From the NCBI GenBank assembly GCA_963755285.1, contig CAVWJB010000005.1, forward strand, positions 94,433-158,432: 64,000 nt of DNA, written 5' to 3'. The notes below the pieces were generated by a model, which worked only from the letters and a program-made list of their open reading frames with translations, was not told the DNA's origin and did no database searches. The DNA comes from an uncultured Chloroflexia bacterium. GTDB lineage: Bacteria; Chloroflexota; Limnocylindria; Limnocylindrales; CSP1-4. Below, one piece after another: positions 26,546 through 35,693 of this stretch. A program made the position numbers and the translations under genes. How positions within the stretch are numbered: position 1 is the stretch's first letter; each line of letters starts with the position of its first letter.

Positions 26546-29266
26546 CTAGACGATCGGTTTGGCGGGCCGGAACCGTCCAAACAGGTAGGCGCTTCCGAGC
26601 AGGACGACTCCCAGCGCCACGAGCGACAGCACCCGGTAGGCGACGTCGAGCGCGGCCAGATCGACCAGGAACACCTTGATGGTCACGAGCCCGAGCAGGA
26701 GGAGCCCGGCCTGCCTCGCCGGTCTGATGTCGGCGACCAGGCCGACCGCAAACGCAGCCGCTCCGAGGACCGCCCAGAGAACGCTCAGGGCCACCTGCGC
26801 CTGCTTCGCCAGCTCCTCCTCGCCGACCGATCCACCAAGACGGGCCTGGAAGACATCGACCAGCCCGACGGACAGCAGGTAGACCAGCGCGATCGCGGCC
26901 ACGGCGACGCGGACCGGCTCCCAGCGGTTTCGAGGATGGAGCCGGGCACAGACGGCCAGCGCGGCGGCAACGGCGCTGAGCGCGGCGGTCGTCCCATTGA
27001 TGAACGGCAGCCCAACCGCTGATCGGTCGGCGTCGACCACGAGTCGGTCGGGCGGCGCGACGCTGATCAGGATCGTCGCGATCCCGAGCCCGACGAGCGT
27101 GTCCGCCGCCCCCAGCCACGCCGCCCGTTCCGATGCCGGTCGCACCGTCGCGAGCTCCGCGTAGAGCACCGCCAGGCCGGACCAGACGACGACGACCGCA
27201 TCGAGCGGCAGCTCGAAGGTGACTCCATAGGCGACGATCCCACCGGCCAGGAGACCGCCGCCCAAGCGCACCGCCGGCCGTCGATCGATCAATCCGATCG
27301 CCAGCGCCGCGACCGTGAGGATCACGATCGTGGCGCCGCCCGCATCGGCGAATGGGACGACCGGCGGTGCGACGCGGAACAGGTCGTCGAGCGGGAGCTG
27401 GACCCGGAGCGCGTACCAGAGCCCCGTCCCGAAGGCGACCGCGCCGGCGAACCAGACCGATCGCTCGAGCCGCGCGGCAATCCAGGCCGAATCCGGCGCG
27501 ACGTGAGCCGGCCAATCGTGGCGGGTCAGCACCTGCCGGTCGAGCCAGATCGCGCCGACGGCCAGGATCGACCAGCCGAGGAGCACCGGCGCGCCGTCGA
27601 GCTCGAATGGAAGGACGTAGACCGTCAGGAGGACCGCAACCGAGATGACGGTCGCCCGCTCCCAGGCAACTTGGAGGATCCAGGCCGCGAGGACGGTCGC
27701 CGCGATCACGAATGCCGCCGCGACGCCGGTCGTGTCGCCGAAGGGGACATCGGGACGGACGACGCTCGTCAGGTCGCGGAGCGGCAGCTGGACGAGGACG
27801 AGCTGGCCGATCGCGAGCGTGCCGAGCACGATCGCCGCCGCGCCGCTGTAGAGGTGGTCCCGTCGGACCCGGAGCCAGGTCAGGACGACCGCCTCGGCAG
27901 CCCACGCCACTGGGACCACGGAGCTGCCGAATTGGACGGGAACGGCGATCGTCAGGGCCGCCACGCCGGTTCCGGTCACGAGCAGGCCGAACAGGTGGCC
28001 GTCCCCTTCCGCCCTGAGGAACCAGCCGCCGAGGACGAAGTGGACGAGGGCGACGGCGGCCAGGAACGCCCCGCGGTCCGCGACGAGCGGCCCATCGAGC
28101 AGGGCGAACCCGGCTCCAACGAGGAACGCCGCGTTGGCGACGACGAGCAGTGCGGTGGCCGGCCGCAGGACGCGGCTGCGCCGCCGCATCTCCTCGCCGG
28201 CCGCCGCGATCGTGTTGATGAGCCAGAACAGCCCGAGGACGGTCAGCCCGATGGCGACGTCGACGTCCGGACCGCGGAGCCAGCTCGCCAGCTGAGGCGC
28301 GCTGAGGATGAACGCGATCCCGGGGAGTCGCGGCCACGACCTGAACAGCGAGATGATCGTCGTGCCGACCAGGGCGGTCCCGACGAACGCGACGGTGGCG
28401 AGGTCCGGCGACGCGCCCATCAGCGGCGGCGCCGCCAGGACTGCGAGCAAGCCAAATGCCGCGACGACCTGGGAGTTCGCCCGGATGGCGATCGCGGCCG
28501 CTGCGGCGGCGGCCAGAAGCGAGCCGGCCAGCCCGACCTCGACGGGGATCAGGCCGTAGAGCCGGGTCGCCGCGATCAGAGCGAGCGACACCGTGCCCAG
28601 CCCGACGGCGACAAGGACGTGGGCGACCTGCCGCTGACGAGCCTCCTCGAACAGCCAGGTGCCCAGCCCGAGTGCGAGCAGCCCACCGGCCAGGCCGAGG
28701 ATCACCCGGGCCTCGGGGCCGATCCAGCCGCGGCTGAAGGCGAGGCTCAGGAACAGGATCGCCCCGGCAATGAGAGCGATCCCGCCGACCCAGGCCAGGA
28801 TTCGTCCGGTCATCCGCTCCTCGAGGTCGGCCAGCGAGGCGCGACTGAACGGCGACAGTGGCTGCGATTCAGTGACCCAGGCGCTCTCGGTCGGCGCGAC
28901 TCCAGGCGCCACGCTCGATGGTTGACCCCAGCCCGCGATCGGTCCGGCCCGGGCAGCTGGAGCGGTCTTGGCCGAGGCAGGGGCCGGCGGCGACGGTCGT
29001 CCGGGGGTCACCCAGTGTGACGACGGACCTGGCTCTGGCGACGGCGCGACCGGGATGGTCGGCGTTGCCGCGGCAGCCGGCATTGACGCGGCTGTCGGCC
29101 TTGGCGGCACCGCTCGCGTTGCCTCGGCAGCGAGGTGCTCGTCGAACCGGCTCTGGAGCTGGTCGAGCTTGTGCTGGAGCTCCTCGATCCGATCCTCGAG
29201 CGGCCGATCCGACGACCGGTCGTCCGCCGACCGGTCGTCCGTCGGTCCCCCGTGCGGGTCAGTCAT
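26546..29266 (-). CDS. DUF2339 domain-containing large polytopic membrane protein (N-terminal coiled coil, then more than 25 TM segments)
   Basis: 907 aa from ATG 29266 (MTDPHGGPTDDRS...DRIEELQHKLDQLQSRFDEHL). The 242-codon upstream extension of the listed 1148-aa ORF is R/G/P-rich antisense-type junk. Confidence 0.68.
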   Translation of the reverse strand: MTDPHGGPTDDRSADDRSSDRPLEDRIEELQHKLDQLQSRFDEHLAAEATRAVPPRPTAASMPAAAATPTIPVAPSPEPGPSSHWVTPGRPSPPAPASAKTAPAARAGPIAGWGQPSSVAPGVAPTESAWVTESQPLSPFSRASLADLEERMTGRILAWVGGIALIAGAILFLSLAFSRGWIGPEARVILGLAGGLLALGLGTWLFEEARQRQVAHVLVAVGLGTVSLALIAATRLYGLIPVEVGLAGSLLAAAAAAAIAIRANSQVVAAFGLLAVLAAPPLMGASPDLATVAFVGTALVGTTIISLFRSWPRLPGIAFILSAPQLASWLRGPDVDVAIGLTVLGLFWLINTIAAAGEEMRRRSRVLRPATALLVVANAAFLVGAGFALLDGPLVADRGAFLAAVALVHFVLGGWFLRAEGDGHLFGLLVTGTGVAALTIAVPVQFGSSVVPVAWAAEAVVLTWLRVRRDHLYSGAAAIVLGTLAIGQLVLVQLPLRDLTSVVRPDVPFGDTTGVAAAFVIAATVLAAWILQVAWERATVISVAVLLTVYVLPFELDGAPVLLGWSILAVGAIWLDRQVLTRHDWPAHVAPDSAWIAARLERSVWFAGAVAFGTGLWYALRVQLPLDDLFRVAPPVVPFADAGGATIVILTVAALAIGLIDRRPAVRLGGGLLAGGIVAYGVTFELPLDAVVVVWSGLAVLYAELATVRPASERAAWLGAADTLVGLGIATILISVAPPDRLVVDADRSAVGLPFINGTTAALSAVAAALAVCARLHPRNRWEPVRVAVAAIALVYLLSVGLVDVFQARLGGSVGEEELAKQAQVALSVLWAVLGAAAFAVGLVADIRPARQAGLLLLGLVTIKVFLVDLAALDVAYRVLSLVALGVVLLGSAYLFGRFRPAKPIV

Positions 29267-29349
29267 CGTCGGTCGCTCATGGCTGGCGATCGTCGGCGAT
29301 CGGATCGTCGATCGCCATGACCCGATAGTCGCCGCGGCCGGACCCCCGC

Positions 29350-31206
29350 TCAGGCCTCGAGCGTGGCCTTGATCCGAGCGGCCAGGGCAGGTCCGATCCC
29401 GGGCACGGCGGCGATCTGCTCGACCGGGGCGTCGCGGACCCGCTTCGTCGACCCGAACACGCGCAGGAGCGCCCGTCGTCGCTTCGGCCCGACGCCCGGC
29501 AGGTCGTCGAAGGCCGACCGGACCGAGGCCTTGGCCCGCAGGTCGCGGTGGTAGGTGATCGCGAAGCGGTGAGCCTCGTCGCGCAGGCGCTGGACGAGGT
29601 AGAGGGCCTGCGAGGTGGGAGGCAGGAGGACCGGCTCGGATCGCCCGGGCAGGAACAGCTCCTCGCGTTCCTTGGCCAGACCGGCCAGCGGCAGGTCGCT
29701 CAACCCGAGCTCGTCGAGGACCTCGGCCGCGGCGCTCACCTGGCCCTTGCCACCGTCGACGATCACGAGGTCGGGCAGCCGCCAGCGGAGCTCCTCCTCG
29801 CTCCCCTCGTCGCCGGCCTTCGCCCGGCGGAACCGCCGGCGGAGCACTTCCTGGTGGCTGGCGAAGTCGTTCGGGCCCTCGACCCCCCTGATCCGGAAGC
29901 GCCGGTAGTCGCCGGTCCGGGGCTTCCCATCCTCGAACACGACCATGCTGGCGACCGACTGGTCGCCCTGGAAGTTGCTGATGTCGTAGCACTCGATCCG
30001 GAGCGGTGGGTCGGCCAGGCCCAGGGCATCGGCCAGCTCGCGCAACGCGCCGAGCGTCTTGCCCTGGTCGGCCAGCCAGCGCGCCTGCTCGCGGGCCAGC
30101 GTCTCGCCCGCGTTGCGCACGGCGAGGGCCATGAGCTCGCGCTTCTCGCCGCGCTGGGGAACCCGGAGGTGGACCGGACCGTTCCGTCGCTCGGCGAGGA
30201 ACGCCTCGACCGCCGCCCGCTCGTCGGGTCCGGGCAGGCTCGGCACGAGGACCTGGTTCGGGATCGACGTCGCTCGCGCGTAGTACTGCTCGAGGAAGCC
30301 AACCAGGACCTCGTCGTCGGGCGCCTCACGGACGGCGTCGAGCAGGAAGACGTCGCGCCCGACGAGCTTGCCGTCGCGGACGACGAACAGCTGGACCGCG
30401 GCCTGGTTGTCCTGCCGGGCGATCCCGACGAGATCGAGCTCGGTCCGGGCGAAGGCGGCCATCTTCTGGCTCTCCATCGTCCGCTCGATCGCCCGGATCT
30501 TGTCCCGGAGGACCGCCGCTCGCTCGTAGTCGGTCCGTTCGGCGGCCGCGCCCATGTCCCGCTCGAGCGCCTTGACGAGCGTCTCCTGGCGACCCTCGAG
30601 GAAGAGCTCGACCTGCTCGATGTCGGCCCGGTAGGCGTCCTTCGAGATCGCTTCGATGCACGGACCCTGGCAGCGCTTGATGTGGTACAGGAGGCACGGA
30701 CGCTGGAGCGCGCGCTTGCCGTCCTTGATGTCGATCGTGCAGGTCCGGAACGGGAACAGCCGGCGGATGAGGTTCATCGATTCGTCGACGCTGCTGGCCG
30801 ACGCGTACGGGCCGAAGTAGCGGCTGCCGTCGGCCGGCAGCTTGCGGGTGCGCTCGATCCGCGGGAAGTCGTCGGCCAGCGTGATCTTGATGTACGGGTA
30901 GCTCTTGTCGTCCTTCAGCCGGACGTTGAAGCGCGGGGCGTAGCGCTTGACCAGGTTCGCCTCGAGGAGGAGCGCTTCGGACACCGAATCGGTCAGCGTG
31001 TAGTCAACGTCGGCGACCCGGTCGATCACGCTCCGGATCCGATGGACCTCGACCCCGACCGCCTGCTTCTGCCAGTAGCTCCGGACGCGCGAGCGCAGGC
31101 TCTGGGCCTTGCCCACGTAGAGCACGACGCCCCGGGCATCCTTCATCAGGTAGACGCCGGGGCGATCGGGCAGCTTCTTGAGGGTGGCGGCGAGCTCGGG
31201 TGTCAC
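29350..31206 (-). CDS. uvrC: excinuclease ABC subunit C
   Basis: 618 aa; GIY-YIG N-terminus (PGVYLMKDARGVVLYVGKA), UvrBC domain, C-terminal HhH. Confidence 0.9.
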   Translation of the reverse strand: MTPELAATLKKLPDRPGVYLMKDARGVVLYVGKAQSLRSRVRSYWQKQAVGVEVHRIRSVIDRVADVDYTLTDSVSEALLLEANLVKRYAPRFNVRLKDDKSYPYIKITLADDFPRIERTRKLPADGSRYFGPYASASSVDESMNLIRRLFPFRTCTIDIKDGKRALQRPCLLYHIKRCQGPCIEAISKDAYRADIEQVELFLEGRQETLVKALERDMGAAAERTDYERAAVLRDKIRAIERTMESQKMAAFARTELDLVGIARQDNQAAVQLFVVRDGKLVGRDVFLLDAVREAPDDEVLVGFLEQYYARATSIPNQVLVPSLPGPDERAAVEAFLAERRNGPVHLRVPQRGEKRELMALAVRNAGETLAREQARWLADQGKTLGALRELADALGLADPPLRIECYDISNFQGDQSVASMVVFEDGKPRTGDYRRFRIRGVEGPNDFASHQEVLRRRFRRAKAGDEGSEEELRWRLPDLVIVDGGKGQVSAAAEVLDELGLSDLPLAGLAKEREELFLPGRSEPVLLPPTSQALYLVQRLRDEAHRFAITYHRDLRAKASVRSAFDDLPGVGPKRRRALLRVFGSTKRVRDAPVEQIAAVPGIGPALAARIKATLEA

Positions 31207-31231
31207 ACCTCGATGCTACCGCGGGCGTGGA

Positions 31232-32182
31232 TCAGGGCGACGCGACGACCGGCCGCAGCGGGAACGGCAACGGCCCCGAGCGAACCACGGCGACAAGATC
31301 GTTCCAGGCGACCTCTGCCCCGGCTTCGGTACCGATCGAGACCTGACCGACGCCATCGGTGATCGGCGAGTTGATGCTCGGTGCCGAGAGGACCGTCCCG
31401 TCCATCACGATCGCGAAGAAGTCGCCGATGTTCGCCATCGTGTAGTTGGCGAAGATCTGCCGCGCGTCCTGGTCCAGCGTGAACGACACTGCCGGGCTAC
31501 CGTTCTGATCCGTCACGCGATCGGCGCTGACGAGGTGGTCCCCGCTGAAGAGGGGCCGAAGCGACGAGTCTGCCGGCAGCGGCTGTCCATCGACGATGCC
31601 GGTTGGGCTCCCGGTCGTCGAGGCGGTCCCGTACGTTTCGGGGGGCAGGGGCACGAACGTCACCTGCCCGACCTCCGTGAGGAGTCGCTCGACAGCCGCC
31701 ACGTCGACTCCGACCGGCAGGTCGACGACGACCCGGTCCTGGGCATCGATGTCGACAACCGGCTGGGCGATCCCGGTCGCCCGGAGCCGCTGAGCAACGA
31801 TGTACCGGATCTCGTCCAGGGCCGCCGCGTCCGGCCCGTTGCCACTAACGGCTTCCGGCTCGAAGGTCAGCCGCTGCACGGACACCGTCGACGCCGATGG
31901 GGACACCGACGGGTTGGCACTGCTTCCGGCCTGGATCCCCCGCGAGGTCAGGCCATATCCGACGACTCCGATCGCGACGACAACGACCGCCAGCCCGATC
32001 GCCAGCGACAGCCGACGAGCGCCGCCCGCTGACACGGCGGTCCGAACGGACGGCCAGAAGCGTCGCTGGCTCGTCCGGCCAATCGTGGACCGGACGGTCT
32101 GCACGACCTGGTCCGACAGCTCGGTCGGACCCAGCTCCAGCCAGTCCTGGATGACGCGGTCGAAGTCGCGCTGGGTGCTCAT
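31232..32182 (-). CDS. anti-sigma factor (single TM) whose extracytoplasmic domain is a SecD P1 (base plus head) domain paralogue
   Basis: 316 aa from ATG 32182, which overlaps the ECF sigma stop (ATGA). Short cytoplasmic N-terminus, one TM helix (LSLAIGLAVVVVAIGVVGYGL), then about 60% identity to this window's SecD over about 200 aa (VTFVPLPPETYGTASTTGSPTGIVDGQPLP...FFAIVMDGTVLSAPSINSPITDG vs the SecD equivalents), also visible at DNA level. Confidence 0.6.
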   Translation of the reverse strand: MSTQRDFDRVIQDWLELGPTELSDQVVQTVRSTIGRTSQRRFWPSVRTAVSAGGARRLSLAIGLAVVVVAIGVVGYGLTSRGIQAGSSANPSVSPSASTVSVQRLTFEPEAVSGNGPDAAALDEIRYIVAQRLRATGIAQPVVDIDAQDRVVVDLPVGVDVAAVERLLTEVGQVTFVPLPPETYGTASTTGSPTGIVDGQPLPADSSLRPLFSGDHLVSADRVTDQNGSPAVSFTLDQDARQIFANYTMANIGDFFAIVMDGTVLSAPSINSPITDGVGQVSIGTEAGAEVAWNDLVAVVRSGPLPFPLRPVVASP

Positions 32183-32732
32183 GCGATCCGCTCCGTCTTG
32201 GTGATCGCCCGCTCGTCGGCCTCGAGGGCGGCGCGCAGCGTCTGGGTCGCGTAGTGAAGCCTCGACTTGACCGTCCCGATGGGGATCTCGAGGCTCCTGG
32301 CGATCTCGGCCTGCTCCCAGCCGAGGTAGTGGTGCAGGATGAAGATCGGCCCGATGATCCGGGCGGCAGCCGGCTGAATCCACGCTCGAGCTGATCGCGA
32401 TCGACGACGCTCAACGTCGAGTCCGGCTGGCCTGGTCCGTCGAGCGGCAGCTCCACGATCCGTGCTCTCCAGCGTCGCTGCTGCCTCGCGGCTCGATAGC
32501 AGGCCCGGACGAGGAGTCTCGTGATCCACGGCTCGAAGCGGTCGGGATCGCGCAGGCCTGGCAGGTCGCGCCAGCCATCGATGAGGGCGACCTGGACGGC
32601 GTCCTCGGCCAGGTGGACGTCGCGCAGGATCCGGTAGGCGATCGCCAGCATGCGATCGCCGGTCATCGTCATCAGGCCGGCGAACGCCTCTGCGTCACCC
32701 TTCATCGCTCGTTCCACCAGGTCCCGCTGCAC
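32179..32732 (-). pseudogene. ECF (group IV) sigma-70 factor, sigma2 and sigma4 domains split by a -1 frameshift at a CCC/GGG run (about 32362-32364)
   Basis: Region-2 frame gives ...RILRDVHLAEDAVQVALIDGWRDLPGLRDPDRFEPWITRLL...LERGFSRLPP|; the region-4 frame resumes |(A)RIIGPIFILHHYLGWEQAEIARSLEIPIGTVKSRLHYATQTLR... Confidence 0.7.
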
Positions 32733-32853
32733 CCAGCGCTCCCTTCAGGCGTCGTCGCTGGGACGCTACACCCTGGATGGGGCACGAACGGCCTCGCGAG
32801 TTCGATCCTGGTGGATCGACCGTCGGGTGAGCGCTCCCGTGCAGACTGCCGCG

Positions 32854-34563
32854 ATGAATCTCCAGCCCGATGTCCAGGCTCGGCTCGAGCGTCTGACGAC
32901 CGACCAGCGGGCGGCGGCGACCGCACCGCCGGGGCCGGTGCTCTGCCTCGCACCGGCCGGGAGCGGCAAGACGACGACGCTCGTCGCCCGGATCGCCTGG
33001 CTCGTGGCGACCGGGACGCCGGCCGCGGAGATCGCGGCGATCGCCTTCAACAAGCGCGCCGCGGATGAGCTCGTCGAGCGGATCGACGCCGCACTGGCGC
33101 CGCTCGAGGTTCCGGCGGGGACGGTCCGCGTTCGGACCTTCCACGCCTTCGGTCGCGAGATCCTGCTCGCCGCGGGGCGCTCCGTCGATCCGCTCCTGGA
33201 TCGGGACGCCGCTCATCCGTGCGGTCGCCTCATGGGCCGGTCCCGCCGAGCGACGCCAGCTCGACACGTTGTTCTCGGCGCTCAAGCTCGAGCACCGCGT
33301 GACGGCCGACGTGATCGCCGACGACCCGGCCGCGGGACCGCGCGCTCGGGCGTTCGTCGCCTACGAGCGGGCGCTGGCGGACGCGTGGCGGACTCGACTT
33401 CGACGACCTCGTCGCACGCCCGCTCGCCATGCTCGGTTCGGATCCGGTCCAGCTGGCCTGGTGGCGCTCGGCCTGTCGCGAGCTGCTCGTCGACGAGGTC
33501 CAGGACGTCGATCGGTCCCAGCTCGAGCTGGCACTCCTGATCGCGGCGCCTGCCAACCGGATCTTCCTCGTCGGCGACGACGACCAGTCGATCTATGGCT
33601 GGCGGCTGGCGGACGTCCGGCGAGTCCTGGCGATCGCCGAGCGGCTGCCGGGACTCCGGCGCCACGACCTGATCACGAACTTCCGCTGCCCGGCCCCGGT
33701 CGTCGAGCGGGCCGTGCGGCTCGTCGAGCACAACACCGAGCGGTTCGCCAAGCGGATCGTTGCGCGGCCCGCCGCCGTCGGGCGCATCGTCCTCGCGCCG
33801 GACCCGACCGACGACGACGAACGCGCCTTCCACGTCCTGGCCAGCTGGTCGAGCGTCGCCGGCGACCGACGGCCACGAGACCCAGGCGATCCTCGCCCGG
33901 ACGAATCGCGAGCTGCTGCCCGCCGCCGCCGTCGCGCTCGAGCTCGGGATCCCGTTCCGCGCCGAGCGCTTGAGCCTGCCGCTCGAGGATCCGAGGATCG
34001 ACGATCTGCTGGCCGCGGTCGAAGCCACCGACGACGCGCCGCTCCTCGTTCGGATCGCGAGGCTGCGGAAGGGTGAGCCCGAGGTCGATCCAGCGGATGA
34101 GTCGCCCGACGATGGCCTGTCCTGGGACGAGATCGTTGCCGCGACGCTGGCCTGGGCAGCGCCGTTCGCGGACGGCGGCGAGTTCTGCCGGGCAGTCCGC
34201 CGGCGACGCGAGGACCTTGCCCGACTGCGTCGCGACGATGCCCGGCTGACGCTCGCGACCGCCCATTCGACGAAGGGTCTCGAGTTCGATCACGTCGCCG
34301 TCGTCGACATGGACGCCGGGCGGTTCCCGAGCCAGCGTTCGCTCGACGACGCCGATGACCCGGTCCGTGCCCTCGAGGAGGAGCGCCGCCTGGCCTATGT
34401 GGCGTGGACCCGCGCTCGCCGCTCGCTGACCCTCGTGTACGACCCGGCCGCGCCGAGCCGCTTCCTGCTCGAGGCCTTCGATCCGGACGAAGATGACGGC
34501 CCCAGGCTGACGATCCGTAGCGTCCCGTCAGCCAGTCGCACACGGCTCACGAGATTCGAATGA
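32854..34563 (+). pseudogene. UvrD/Rep-family (superfamily 1) DNA helicase, short form, spread over four frames (three frameshifts near 33210, 33388 and 33850)
   Basis: Successive frames carry Walker A LCLAPAGSGKTTTLVARIAW; then ...GLDFDDLVARPLAMLGSDPVQLA..LLVDEVQDVD..VGDDDQSIYGWRLA; then ...TLATAHSTKGLEFDHVAVVDMD...RRLAYVAWTRARRSLTL. Confidence 0.62.
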
Positions 34564-34583
34564 CTTCGCCTACGCCGACAGCG

Positions 34584-35693
34584 TCAACGCGACGTTCGCA
34601 GAACGCCGAGTTCCCTCATCCGGGACTGCGCCGCCTCGAAGGTGTCGCTCAGGTCGGGCTGGTCCGAGGCCCAGCCGAGGTACTCGTCGACCATCGCTGT
34701 CTGATCGATGGCGGGCGCCCAGCCAAACGCCTTGAGCCGCGAGACATCGCTGAAGATGTGGCGCGTGTCGCCGACCCGGAAGACGCCGGGTATCTCCGGC
34801 CGCACAGAAGACCCGGCGCAGCGGACAACCAGCTCGGCCAACTCGCGAACGGACACCTTGCGATCGCCGCCCACGTTGAAGACGTGACCGACCGCACGCT
34901 CGTCTTCGAAAGCCAGCAGGTTCGCCCGGACAACGTCGTGAACCGAGACGTAGTCCCGGATCTGCTCGCCGTCCTCGAACAGGATTGGCGCACGCCCTGT
35001 AAGGACGCGAACCGCGAACGCCCGGAGCGCTCCCGAATAGGCATTTCGGAATGACTGTCGAGGTCCCTGAACGATCGAATAGCGCAGCGCGACGCTCGGG
35101 ATTGAATATCGCCGGCCCAGGAGCAGGGCGATGTCTTCCTGGTCGCGCTTGGACAGTCCATAGCTGTTGTGAGGATGGGGAACGGCTTCGCTTGTCCAGG
35201 TTGGCTGTGTGGGTCCTCCGCAGACCGGACAGTGGATCGCCCAGTCCTGTTGATCGAGCTGCGCAGGCAACCGTTGGTCCGGGTGCGTGAGGCCGTGGAT
35301 CGGGCAGAGATGGGCCCCCTCGCCGTAGACCGCCTGCGAGGACGCCACGACCACCTTCTGGATCGGCAACCGCTCGGTGACGATCAGCTCGTAAAGGAGG
35401 GCGGTGCCCACGCTGTTGGTGAGGAAGAACCTCGAGAAGTCGGTGAGATAGTCCTGGTACGCGGCGAAGTGAAAGACCGCTTCGACGCCCTGGAGCGCAC
35501 GGTGCAGGACCTCGCGATCGGTCACCCCGCCGTCGATGAACTCGACGTCCGACGGAACGTACTCAGGGCGGCGACCCGTGTGCACGGGCGGTTCGAGCGA
35601 GTCGAGGATGCGCACCTGATGGCCCTTCGCGAGCAGGGCGTCGACCGTGTGCGACCCGATGAATCCTGCCCCGCCCGTGACCAGCACCCTCAC
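34584..35693 (-). CDS. NAD-dependent sugar epimerase/dehydratase (SDR) with an inserted C4 zinc-ribbon (CPIHG...CPVCG)
   Basis: 369 aa from GTG 35693, which overlaps the upstream stop (GTGA). Motifs VLVTGGAGFIGSH, YGLSK catalytic Y-x3-K. Confidence 0.75.
   Translation of the reverse strand: MRVLVTGGAGFIGSHTVDALLAKGHQVRILDSLEPPVHTGRRPEYVPSDVEFIDGGVTDREVLHRALQGVEAVFHFAAYQDYLTDFSRFFLTNSVGTALLYELIVTERLPIQKVVVASSQAVYGEGAHLCPIHGLTHPDQRLPAQLDQQDWAIHCPVCGGPTQPTWTSEAVPHPHNSYGLSKRDQEDIALLLGRRYSIPSVALRYSIVQGPRQSFRNAYSGALRAFAVRVLTGRAPILFEDGEQIRDYVSVHDVVRANLLAFEDERAVGHVFNVGGDRKVSVRELAELVVRCAGSSVRPEIPGVFRVGDTRHIFSDVSRLKAFGWAPAIDQTAMVDEYLGWASDQPDLSDTFEAAQSRMRELGVLRTSR

Noticed and set aside
26546-29992. 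Full 1148-aa ORF as the DUF2339 protein
   Set aside because: The first 242 codons are RGP-rich junk. A coiled-coil N-terminus typical of the family begins at ATG 29266, so the upstream extension was discarded.
31232-32383. The SecD-like gene as simply a second secD/secF copy
   Set aside because: It has a single TM and no SecD C-terminal six-TM bundle, and it is ATGA-coupled to an ECF sigma. It is kept as an anti-sigma factor with a duplicated P1 domain, though homology confirmation is needed.
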